Source of the DNA: Octopus bimaculoides
Taxonomy: Eukaryota
Reading direction: 5' to 3'
NCBI RefSeq assembly: GCF_001194135.2
Contig: NC_068998.1
Span: 13,928,259 to 13,992,258 of the forward strand
DNA: 64,000 bases
Positions 50,053-61,808 of the stretch are shown here, piece by piece. How positions within the stretch are numbered: the first letter of the stretch is position 1; each line of letters opens with the position of its first letter. A program made the translations under genes and the position numbers. The notes beneath the pieces are model-generated. The model worked only from the letters and a program-made list of their open reading frames with translations, was not told the origin of the DNA and ran no database searches.

Positions 50053-51359
50053 AAGAGTATGTATACATGTGTAAAAGTATTAACTCTCATACAATGTTTA
50101 TCATACTGTTATGGGTTCTCTTATCAAAGACAACAGATAAGGGTTCTGTAATTTATTCTAGAACTTTTCACAGATGATTTGTTTAAAGGAATCAAATGCT
50201 TGTGTTGTACGTTGACTAACTTCCTCCATGAAATTGCCTATACAGATGCACCATGCTCTACACATCAAAGGTCAAAGTGATCACAGAGCAACATGAAAAG
50301 AAAAGTCTTGCTCAAGAACACAGTTCACGGTCCAGTCTGGGAACTAAAACCATAATCTTGTTACCGTGAGTGCAATACTGTACTGGTATCATTGATGGGT
50401 TGCCCAACCCATTAATGAGGTTTCCCTGAATAGAGTTCAATTCACTGATTATGTTTTTTTCTTTATCTTTCACTTTTTACTTCAGTCATTGGACTGTGGC
50501 CAAGCTGGGGTACCACTATGAGGGATTTATTTGAACATACTGACCCTGCTACTTATCATCATTATTATTATTATCATTATTACTATTACTTTTTTTTTAA
50601 GGTTTCATACTTATTCTATCAGTTACTTTCACTGATCTGCTAAATTACAGGAATGTAAACAAACCAACACTGGTTATCAAACAGTGGAAGGACAACACAA
50701 ACATACACACAGATGCACACTTATATATATATATGACAGGCTTCCATACATTTCCATCAACACTCTCTAAGTGGTTGGCGTTAGGAAGGGCATCCAGCTG
50801 TAGAAACTCTGCCAAATTAGATTGGAGCCTGGTGTTGCCATCCGGTTTCACCAGTCCTCAGTCAAATCGTCCAACCCATGCTAGCATGGAAAGCGGACGT
50901 TAAACGATGATGATGATGATGATGATGAAAATTCACTCATGAGACATTGGTCAATGCAGAGCTATAGTAAAAAAACACTTGAACAAAATGCTGCACAGTG
51001 GGACTGAACACCAAACCATCTAGTTGCAATGGAAACACCTTAACCACACAGCCATACTCGTATCTCTGTGAGGTATTCATTCAATTGAGACAGAAATGCT
51101 GCATTCAATATATCCCGTCCAAAATGAAATTCGAAAATCATTTTGTGTTTTGAAATTATCCATTCAAGGTATGAATTCAATAAATTCTTTTAACATTAAA
51201 TATTAACAAGATTTTCTAAGATCATGGGGAAAGGAGTGTCATGTATCAACATGTGGGTGGCAACATTTCACAGAACAAATATTGGCCTACATTTTAGATA
51301 CAAATGGTTGAGCATACTGAATGAATTTTTATGTGTGAAAATACATTGTAAGTTTTGGG

Positions 51360-51394
<35 letters not shown>

Positions 51395-51589
51395 AGAGAG
51401 AGAGAGAGTGATAGATTATAGTACCATTTTAATATGGGCTTCAATGACATATATACTTCTGGAGAATACTTTAGATAGTTTTGCTGTACTCTTGAGATAG
51501 TAATTAATAATACATAAAAAATTACAGGTTTGAAACTCAGACTCCAAAATATAAATTCTCACCTCTATTGCATATTTGTGGCTATCATC

Positions 51590-52015
51590 ATCATTATTAT
51601 TATTATTATTATTATTATTAATATTATTATTATTATTGAGTGAGAGAGCATTGCATGCTATCAAAGTGACACTGGGATAAACAATACAAAGCCCAGTATA
51701 CCCATCATGACTACCCGTCTGATAAGGGTACACCAGGCACATGCATCACAACTATATGTGCGTGACATGGTGATCTTATACCACGATAAACAGCACATGA
51801 CCTTGCAGGTAGGGCCCAGTTAGAATTTTCCTTGGGTCGAGTAGCCCATCCCACTCAAAAGGTCCCTGAATAAGGGTTATCTAAGGATGTTGAATGAAAG
51901 ACTCATGTTTCCAGAAGCAAATTATTCAATTCCCAGAGAATTCCTCTTAACACACAGCTATGGTGCTCCCCAACTACTTTTGCTTGTGATCAGAGATGCA
52001 CATATTGTCACTCCC
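51590..52015 (-). mobile_element. Unclassified retroposon with (AAT)n tail
   Basis: Segment ATATGTGCATCTCTGATCA...AGTAGT(T/G)GGGGA...GCAT is shared with about 22260-22350 in opposite orientation. Confidence 0.55.
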
Positions 52016-52140
52016 CAATCATCATTTTGTGTTACATCAAGCAAATATCAGTAATACACCAGAGGTAATTTCATTAAAAACAACTCCTTCTGTCTCAGTG
52101 AAAATTAGGCACATATTTAACTTAGTCGAAATAAATCAAC

Positions 52141-52291
52141 ACTGTGTGGTAAATAGCTTGCTTCCCAACCACATGGTTCCGGGTTCAGTCCAACTGCGTG
52201 GCACTTTGGGAAAATGTCTTCTGCTATAGCCTCAGGCCGACCAAAGCCTTGTGAGTGGATTTAGCAGACGGAAACTGAAAGAAGCCCATCG

Positions 52292-52340
<49 letters not shown>

Positions 52341-52535
52341 TTGTGTCTGTTTGTCCCTCCAACATCGCTTGACAACCGATACTGGTGTGTTTACGTCCCC
52401 GTAACTTAGCAGTTCGGCAATAGAGACCGATAGAATAAGTACTAGGCTTACAAAGAATAAGTCCTGGGGTCGATTTGCTCGACTAAAGGCGGTGCTCCAG
52501 CATGGCTGCAGTCAAATGACTGAAACAAATAAAAG
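52141..52535 (+). mobile_element. SINE family A, near full length
   Basis: As above. Other copies at about 9480-9780(-), 16640-17090(+), 25360-25737(+), 28005-28230(-), 30495-30720(+), 38990-39400(+), 54595-54920(-). Confidence 0.9.
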
Positions 52536-53927
52536 AATTTCATAGCACTGAAAATTGTAATTATAAGTAAAGCTATCATGGCTGCCATTCCTCTATTCAT
52601 TATCTTCACTTTCAATTGTATTTTTCCTGATATATATGTTTATCTGTTACACATGTCACCCTAGTCAATCTACAGTTTCTGCAATATTTTCTTTTTCAAT
52701 TACTTTTGTTCATTTATTCGGTTTTTATAATGATGTATTAATAGTTAGCTCTTATCTACCTGGTTGAATATATCTAGCTATTATGGACTTTTTATCTGTT
52801 GTGCACACCTCTAGCTTATGCGCATCCCACTCCTATTAAACTGAAATATAGACATAAAGTCTAGTGGGTGCAGGCATGGCTGTGTGGCTGTATGGCTAAG
52901 AATTTCACTTCACGTTCACGTGGTTCAGGATTCAATTTCCTCATACAATGCACTGACCAAGTGTCTTCTGCCATAGCTATAGATTGACTTGTGTTTTGTG
53001 AGTAGAATTTGGCAGACAGCAGTGGCATGACAGGAGTATGCCCCACCTAGGGTAGCTCTTGAGTTTGGTAAACCACTCCACTGCATACAGGCTTATACAG
53101 CAGACCCAAAAGTGCCATCCCTACAAAGAATCACCCAAGATGGACTGTCCATGTCACCCTCAACCCTAGCTATGCTCCTGGAAACCTGTTCCATACACAC
53201 AAACATGACATCATCCTCATTTTTATATGGGTTTTAGTGGGGGGAGGGGTATGAACTCAACAAAACTGGTATGGACTCAACAAAACGTATTGAGGCTGTA
53301 TTCTACATCAGGATGCCCTTCTTGTCAACCTTATCTGTTTTTAAGTTGGCATGTTTTTCAATAGTCTTAACACACCAAAAGTGTTGAAACCAATGAGCTA
53401 TGGGACATACAATTTATGAGAGAAGTAACATAATAACTGTTTTATGCAAATGTACTTTGGAGTATAGTTGTTGTAATAGTAGAAGAGTTTTATACAGAGT
53501 TGCACATGTACATGGATGAATGCAAATGAATGTCTATTGTCTTTGTGAGCAGAGAAAAGGTGATTCAGCCTATTTGAGACAATTCAGTGAAGATCACATG
53601 ACTTCATGCAGCCTGTCTTCTGTCCAGAGAGAAATTAGAGAGAGAGAGAGAGAGAGAGAGAAACAGAAAGCCAGATAGATACACAGATAGATAGATAGAT
53701 AGATAAACAGATAAATATATAGACAGAGACAAATATATACATTGACACAGATAGACATGCCTACAGACATATAGACAAACAGAGACAGATATTACCATCG
53801 AGGACTTTACTAAACCAGAAAACCTGATTTGCGTTAAGAGTACTTTGCTGATAATTAGATAAATTACTTAATTATTGATGCATTAAGCAAGTAACAATAC
53901 AATCTCATTGCAGACATAAAAGACACA

Positions 53928-54185
53928 CTAAGAGTTGCTGAAGTATGGAACAAACTGCTGGCATCAGTTGTTAGTTGTCGGAGCACTGCATCCTTCAAAA
54001 CTTCTATGCTTCCTGAGATTCGCCAACACTACACCTGATTTTCTCCCCTCCATACACATGCAAGCATGTATCTGACTCATATATTGTTCACTTTCCAGAC
54101 ATTTGTGCATTACTGCATATGCTGTGTACGCACTTTTGACAAGTTGTAGTGCAGCTGAACACTGTATACAATAATTTCATTATTA
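53928..54185 (+). mobile_element. 3' end of a CR1/L2-like LINE (ORF2 tail plus 3' UTR)
   Basis: LRVAEVWNKLLASVVSCRSTASFKTSML...* (53928-54038) matches the RV...WN.LP..VV.....FK terminal motif. Confidence 0.65.
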
Positions 54186-56936
54186 TATTTAAATGATAAT
54201 GATTTGTCTCAGCAAAAGAAAGATGTAAACAATTGCAAGGGAAGTAAACTAGTGCTGTCCATCAAAAATACTTTGTTATATTTGTTTCTCCAGAGTTACA
54301 AAGATACACCCTTTGTCACATGCAGTAACATAAATGCAGTGAACTAGAGCCTAACCCATTGGGAATCTATAACAAATGACCCAATTATTCAAAATATGTC
54401 AGATAAAATAAATAAACAAAAAGAAATGACAGAGTCGATAAGATATTGAATTGCCAGCTTATAAATCTTGACCTCAAAACTGTCAGTAACATGTGTAAGA
54501 GAGAGGGGGGGGAGATAGAGTTTGTGTATGTATATACACACACACACACATAAATACAAATATTTCTGTATAGATGTATATTTATGTTACATACTCTTTT
54601 ACTTGTTTCAGACATTTGACTGCGGCCATGCTGGAGCACGGCCTTTAGTCAAACAAATCGACCCCGGGACTTATTCTTTGTGTGCCTAATACTTATTCTA
54701 TCGTTCTCTTTTGCCGAACCGCTAAATTAAGGGGACATAAACACACCAGCATCGGTTGTCAAGCAATGCTAGGGGGACAAACACAGACACACAAACATAC
54801 ACACACACATATATACGACGGGCTTCTTTCAGTTTCCGTCTACCAAATCCACTCACAAGGCTTTGGTCGACCCGAGGCTATAGTAGAAGACACTTGCCCA
54901 AGGTGCCACTCAGTGGGACTAGAAATAATAGATATACATATGTAAATGTAAACATACAAGTGCGAACGCGTGTGTGTTTGTGTATTTGAGCATAAACATG
55001 TATAAACTGGCACTCCGTCGATTACAACGATGAGCATTCTAGTTGAACCAATCATTAGAACAGCCTGCTCGTGAAATTAGCGTGCATGTGGCTGAGCACT
55101 CCACAGACACTCATACCCTTAACGTAATTCTCAGGGAGATTTAGCGTGACACAGAATGTGATAAGGCTGGCCCTTTGAATTACAGGTACTACTCATTTTT
55201 GCCAGCTGAATGGATTGGAACAACATAAAATAAAGGGTCTTGCTGAAGGATACAATGCGCCGCCAGAAATCGAACTCGCGCCCTTACCATCATGAACCGA
55301 ATACCCTAACCACAGGCTACGCGCCTTAACAAACATGTATAAACACACACACACACGTGGGTAGGTGTATAAATGTAGATCATCCAGATATTTATAACCT
55401 TCTTTAAACTGCAGCTTGTTTGGACCAAGCTTAATCGTGTTATTGCACTGGTATTAACATTTTCTATTCTAACTGAAAATTCCCGATACCCTGTTCTAAC
55501 CAATCTTACGAACTCTCTTTACTGTCAAGGATTCATTGACGAGGTTATAGACCTAATGGAAGGGAAATAACTCTTGCAGGCGTTACTGACTGGAGGAGGG
55601 GGGGATTATGGATAGAAAAGGTCATCGTGACCTGACTGATAAGGTCCCACCTTATCCGCTGAAACAACCGTTACGTCTTCACGGGGCCTGCAGAAAATAC
55701 GTGCAACTCTCGATCAACTTACATCTCACTGCCTAAAAGATATGGAAGGACATATTGGATAAAATCTCGAATAAAAATACGAGAGTGATTGTCGTATTTG
55801 GAATACCTTTTATCATAGGTTTATTCGATCAGAGCAATTCCTTTTAAAGCAGAGGCATTAACCACTTCACTTAGAGAACCAATGCAATGAACGAAACCTT
55901 TTTATGGTCGTTTCAAATTACTATAATTGCTACAAAAATAGCAACAAAATTTTGAAACCACATTCTTCCGTCCTAAGTTTAAAAAAAACGTAGACAATAA
56001 AATCTGATTTTTTATAAAGATAAGATGATCTTGGCTGGAATACTTTTGATTATAAGTCTGCCTGATTAGTGGTAACCTGGGTTTAAACAGAAAAAAAATC
56101 CTCTCTCGTACTAGCGTAGAAGTTGGAGTGTTAACGGTGGTGGCTGATTTTGATGTAGTTACCGAGTACATGTAATCAATATTTTCTTTGGAAGGAGGCA
56201 GACGAAGTGACAGAATCGTTAACACTCCGGGCAAAATGCTTTCGGCATTTCGTCCGTCCTTACATTCTAAGTTCAAATATCACTGAGGTCGACTTTGCCT
56301 TTCATCCTTTCGGAGTCGATAAAAGTTGAGCACTGGAGTCGAAATAAGCGACTTAACCTGTGACTAATGACGTCCTAGATATAAGAAAAGACGAACGCTG
56401 AGCTGAATTGAAGGCGCCTCTGTATGGTAGCCCAAACTGCTTGAAATAACAGTCATTCAAATCTCACTTAAATCACACCCTGCCATCTTTGAAGATACTT
56501 GGGTATAACGGAGTGCGGATAATATTCTTTGCGGTATGGGGGCGACAGGATGGACATTAGTTTGAATACTTTTGATCATTAGTTGGCTCGATCCAGGCTG
56601 ACATGGGGCTAAGCAACAACAGCAATGACATTGTGGGGAAAGAAATGACAAGAAGTAGAGAAAGCTATAGAGACAGACTGGAAAGTAAATCAAGAATATT
56701 ATGAAGAACCAAACAATAATAATCCTTTCTAGTAAAAGGCACAAGGCCTGAAATTTTGAGGGAGAGGACTAGTCGATTAGATCGACCCCAGTGTTTCACT
56801 GATATTTAATCTATCGACCCCGAAAGGATGGAAAGCAAAGTCGACCTCGACGGAATTTGAACTTAGTTCATGCAGACGGACGAAATGCCGCTAAGCATAT
56901 TTCCCGGCGTGCTAACGACTCTGCCATATCGCTGCC

Positions 56937-56985
<49 letters not shown>

Positions 56986-57062
56986 CTTTTCTACTAATGG
57001 CACAAGGCCTGAAATTTTGAGGGAGAGGACTACTTGATTATATCGACCTCAGTAAACATATT

Positions 57063-57186
57063 TGGCATAACTACAGGGTTTTACCCCCCCAAACTTTGGG
57101 AGGTCATAACTTTCAGAAAAATGAATATTTTTTAATGAAATTATGACCTCCCAAAGTCTGGGGGGTAAAACCCTGTAGTTATGCCA
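57063..57186. mobile_element. Small MITE-like inverted repeat (about 47-bp arms)
   Basis: TGGCATAACTACAGGGTTTTACCCCCC...GGAGGTCATAA / TTATGACCTCC...GGGGGGTAAAACCCTGTAGTTATGCCA. Confidence 0.75.
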
Positions 57187-57971
57187 CATATTTTATGGAA
57201 TGATGATGTAGAAGTGACACACGTGTGGTCCATTAGTTGGGTATAAGCACAAAACAAAATTGGTAATTTAAACTTTTAATTCCCTCCTCCTTTGAACCAA
57301 ACGAGGCCTTGTATGAGAAAAAAACATTTACTAACAGAAAAGTACGTTATTAAAATAAATTAACTTTTACATACCTCTTTTTTGTAAATCACTGTGAAAT
57401 ACCTTCCATATATTATACTTAAAAACCGAAACAATGGGATGGGGGAGTGAGGTTGAAAAAAAATCATAAATTAAAAAAAAAATGTTTTTCTTCACTAACA
57501 TAAATGTGTTAATGGGGAGATCCCAAGTTCAGCCATATTTTGCTCCAGACGGATAAGTGGATATGTGTATGTGTGAGTGCGCGTGCGTACGTGCGTGCGT
57601 GTGTATGTATGTATGTGTACGTATGTCAGTCAAGATTTCCCAACCATTTTTCAGGCGATCTTTCGATACTAATTCTTTTTGTTTCAGCGTTTGTTTGGTC
57701 AGCGAGAGAAATGAAATTTACTGTCAGCAACTGTGAGACAACGTCCCACGACCCTACAACTTTCACTGTTCTCTTACAACATCATTCTATCGCTATCTGC
57801 CAAACTATGCAAAGAAACATTCTCCCACATCTTTCTTTCGCCGCATGCTCTCGAATGTTATAACCTGCCCGTCGAGGTATGGTATTTTGCAACGTAACAG
57901 TATATAAATACTTTCTTAAAACTTCATGCATTGTTCATCTTTCGCATCTTACAACATGCAATTATAACAAC

Positions 57972-58225
57972 AAATTTTGGTAATCTTCAAGTTTAGGGGG
58001 ATAAAAAAAAATATTCAAGGGAAATAACTGAACGACTTACCAGTATTATCCGTTTTCTTCTAGCTGTTTATAAATAAATCACACCCTAACCCTAACGTCA
58101 ATCAAATCACGTGTGTGATTTATTTATAAACAGAGATGTACGGATAATACTGGTAAGTCGTTCAGTTACTTCCCTTGAATTTTTTTTTTTTTTAATCTCC
58201 CTAAACTTGAAGATTACCCAAATTT
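57972..58225. mobile_element. MITE/fold-back element with about 113-bp arms and a CCCTAACCCTAAC spacer
   Basis: TCAAGGGAAATAACTGAACGACTTACCAGTATTATCCGT versus ACGGATAATACTGGTAAGTCGTTCAGTTACTTCCCTTGA. Confidence 0.8.
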
Positions 58226-58793
58226 TTATCGTTACAACTGCTCTCCGATATTTCATATTATTGTGTACCTAATCAATCTTAACCGTTACAATTGGTAACT
58301 ACACTAATTAAAACCCGACCGTTACATATACATAGCAGGGTCTTATAAATGATGGCTTTTTATGAGAAAAGATTTTGGAAAATTTATGATTTTTCACCTC
58401 CCTCCCCTTTACCACCCCGGGACCAATATTGGCCAATTTTTAATGTATTATGCACTTAAAAACGATAGGAGAAGCCTTTTGGGTAATTTTTTTTCAATGA
58501 GAATATCTTCAGACGAAGAAGTGTGTTAGTTAAGGGCGATTTAGCTGGTGTTTCTAGCACATCCCACGACCACCTGATACCATCCTCGTTTCATTCCTCA
58601 TCCCTTGGGACCAAGCAAGTCCGTCCGTCCGTCCGTGTGTGGGATGGGGGAACATGTTTACTAAGAGAAAAGTATACTTTTTAAATAAATAAAAATTTGA
58701 ACATCTGCCCCCCACACACACACACAGTTCGTTTCTGTTTATAATTTTAAAAATATTGGAGAACATGACAAGGTCATTACTGGGATTGGTCCT

Positions 58794-59235
58794 GATGGAC
58801 TATATGTAATCTGAACCTTTCCCCCCTTATTTATTATTTTTTTTTTTACGGAATCCCACGTTTTAGGCTATGGAGATTCCGATTCTGAAAAAAAATTTTC
58901 AAAAATCTCAATTTCAAAATTTCGATTCCCCCCCCCCACCTTTTTTTATATAGATCCACAGGGTAAACCTAACCCTAACTCAAACCCTAACCCTAACCCT
59001 GACCCTAACCCTAACCCTGACCCTAACCCTAACCCTAAACCTAACCCTAACACTAGTTTTGTGAGATTTGGCTGTTATTTCTAGCATGTAAATAGCCTGC
59101 TTGGTGGGGGGGGGGTGAAATTTTTCAAACAATTTTTTTTCAGAATCGGAATCTCCATAGCCTAAAACGTGGGATTCCGTAAAAAAGAATTAATAAATAA
59201 GGAGGGGGGGCGGTTCAGATTACATATAGTCCGTC
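58794..59235. mobile_element. Fold-back element with about 104-bp arms enclosing an interstitial telomeric array
   Basis: ACGGAATCCCACGTTTTAGGCTATGGAGATTCCGATTCTG versus its exact reverse complement at about 59141-59180. Confidence 0.8.
58965..59051. repeat. Interstitial telomeric repeat (CCCTAA)n with CCCTGA/ACCTAA variants, about 14 units
   Basis: Direct reading. Confidence 0.95.
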
Positions 59236-60288
59236 TCTACCCTGGGATTTATCCAGTGGTTTAAAATTTTTGAAATTTTTTCATAAAAACCTTCCTTCCA
59301 TCATTTCCAAGTACCTGGTGAACAGAAAAGAAAAAAACCAAACCAAACCAAAACAAAACAAAAAACCACGGAGAAAATACAACTTACGAAGGGTTTCAAA
59401 TTCGAATGCGACTGAGATTTTGTTGTTAAGACACCGCCTAGCACAGAGCGTCCCTGTTTGAACAGATCTATGATGCAAAAAAACACATTCCAGCCGTTCC
59501 CTTCGCATCATTTAGAAGTGTATAGGATATATTATTGTCCAACGTGACTTTCCTTCCTTTTTGAGATGGAAGGATGTGAGTCTAGAGAATGTGACTGCTA
59601 TTTCTAGCATGTTGAATGACCACAGAAGTGTCTCCCTGGTTGGATTGCGGGCGAGATGTTTCCTCTGTTGGTCCGAAGTGTTTACAGTCGCTTATTGCTG
59701 CATATTATAAGCATCGACCATTTCCACAACTTTTGGTAATATTAAAATTCTTGTTTCAAATCTGAAGTGAAAACTTCCCATCTTAATTAAATGCTATTTT
59801 ATCTAGTATTGTTCTTTTATGCCATGTTATGAATAATCATACGGCTGTCCGTTTTAATAGAAATACCCGCTGCTGAATTTTAAGGTTGTATAAATGAATT
59901 GAATTAGGGTTTAATTTTAAATGAAGCCTTAAGTATTTTGACTTTTAAGTAAATCAATAAACGAAAAAGAAGAAAATATACAAAAGAGAAAAGATTTGTC
60001 GTAGTTTAAAAGTTCAGAATTACCTCCCTTGAAGATTGGCATATACGGGCAGAGAATGAGTTTTGAAAGAAATTAGAGTAATTAAATTTCTAAAATCTAG
60101 GTAAATAAAGTAAATTAAGTAATTAGTATGAGACGAAAATGTTGTAATTAATTGTGTAAGTAAAATGAAAAGAGAGTTATTTTGTTTTTGAGATGTATAA
60201 ATAAATGAATTGTAAATGTTGTTGGTATAAAATCATCGAATGTATTGAATAGTAAAGGAATATATTCAAATTTTCCACGAGGAAAATC

Positions 60289-60451
60289 ATACTTACCTGG
60301 CACAGGGGTAAACCATGATCAGCAAGGTGGTTCTCCCAGAGTGAGGCCCTTCCATTGCACTCCGGTTGGGTTGACCTTTGCGATCGCCCCAAATGTGGGC
60401 GACTCGGGTGCGCTATTTCTAAGTGTGGGGTCTGCGTTCGCGCTCACCCCG
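60289..60451 (+). ncRNA. U1: U1 snRNA, copy 1
   Basis: ATACTTACCTGG 5' splice-site-pairing end, SL1 loop GATCAGCAAG, U1A loop ATTGCACTCC, Sm-like ATTTCT, SL4 GGGGTCTGCGTTCGCGCTCACCCC; 163 nt. Confidence 0.96.
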
Positions 60452-60472
60452 TAAATCAAACAAAGAACAGAC
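60452..60472 (+). terminator. Candidate snRNA 3' box (U1 copy 1); equivalents at 61809-61829 and 63930-63950
   Basis: All three copies have an A-rich run ending in AGAC at exactly +18 to +21 after the coding end and diverge immediately after, resembling the AAA-NN-AGA part of the metazoan 3' box. Confidence 0.6.
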
Positions 60473-61186
60473 TATCACTAACGAATTTTCTAATGGTCAT
60501 ACATTGGAGAAGCATGGTTTTACATACATGAATAATTATTATTCGCTGCTATTTCTGGCAAGTCTTTATGTACGGAAATACTATTGTAGATATTTTTCTT
60601 GCGACGAATGTGTAGTTTTTAGGCTGCTATTTCTAGCAAGTCAAACCTTTATCTAATGGTATTAGATAAACAATCTTTGGAAGTCGGCGAAAGAGAGAGA
60701 GCGATTGAACCAGGGAGGTTATCTTTTCGAAGTCGGCGAGATGCGGAGGAATTGATGTGTGTGTGTTTGATGGAGTATGCGAGACAGAAAGTGTGGTGTG
60801 TATGTGAAGTTGTTTTTTTTAGTGTGTGTGAAGAGAGCAATGGTATTGGTGTGTGTGTGTGTCTGTTATGTCATGGAGAAAAAAAGAGATAACAGATTCT
60901 TTTAATCACTTTTTGTAATGAGTGAATATGTGATTAAAAGAGAGAGAGAGAGATTATGAATGTGTGAATGACTTCAGTGACACACACAACAACATACGTA
61001 CGTACACACCTATTGCATACATGTTTTTTGTACGCATATATGTTCAAGTGCGTGTGAGAAAGAGAGAGAGAATGTATGCTTTTTTTGTTTTTACTTGTTA
61101 TACATAGCAGACCGTTACATAAAAATACATACAAACAACAAGCAAAAGCAGATATATGCGTGTGTTGTGCGCGCGCGCGCGTATTT

Positions 61187-61645
61187 GCCCCTATTACCGC
61201 TTGACAAACGGCGCTGGTTACTTTTCATCTTTATAAAAAATAGAAATCGTTGTGTCTAATTTGAGGAAGATTTTGCTGTTATATCTATCATGCCTAACTA
61301 TCATGTAAGATGCTCTTTTATTGGCTCGTTTTGTAGTAGTAAATGTTTTACAGTAAATATTTTTATCGGTAAACTTACAAATAAAACTGGAGTTGTCTCC
61401 CTTGGTCATTTGCCGTTACTGTTAAATTAAACAAGGCGATAATTTTTAAATTTCATATTTGAACAAATTAAAGCATTAAATTACTAAATCACTTAATTAG
61501 AAATAATGAATTGTAGTAGTTAAGTTATAATATATATGGTTAAATTTGTTGAAAAATTAATAGTAGAATGTAATATTAGAGGCGATATCAGTGAAGTTAC
61601 AATGCAAATATTGTAATATATGAGTTTAGTGAAAGAGCAAAAAAC
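61187..61645 (+). promoter_or_regulatory. Upstream flank of U1 copy 2, homologous to 63308-63766 upstream of copy 3; should contain the snRNA proximal element
   Basis: About 460 bp alignable by eye at a constant 2121-bp offset, e.g. ATATCAGTGAAGTTACAATGCAA(A/G)TATTGTAATATAT near -60 to -25. Confidence 0.6.
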
Positions 61646-61808
61646 ATACTTACCTGGCACAGGAGTAAACCATGATCCTCAAGGTGGTTCTCCCAAAGTG
61701 AGGCCCTTCCATTGCACTCCGGTTGGGTTGACCTTTGCGATCGCCCCAAATGTGGGCGACTCGGGTGCGCTATTTCTAAGTGTGGGGTCTGCGTTCGCGC
61801 TCACCCCG
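61646..61808 (+). ncRNA. U1: U1 snRNA, copy 2
   Basis: Same architecture, 163 nt; SL1 loop GATCCTCAAG. Confidence 0.96.
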
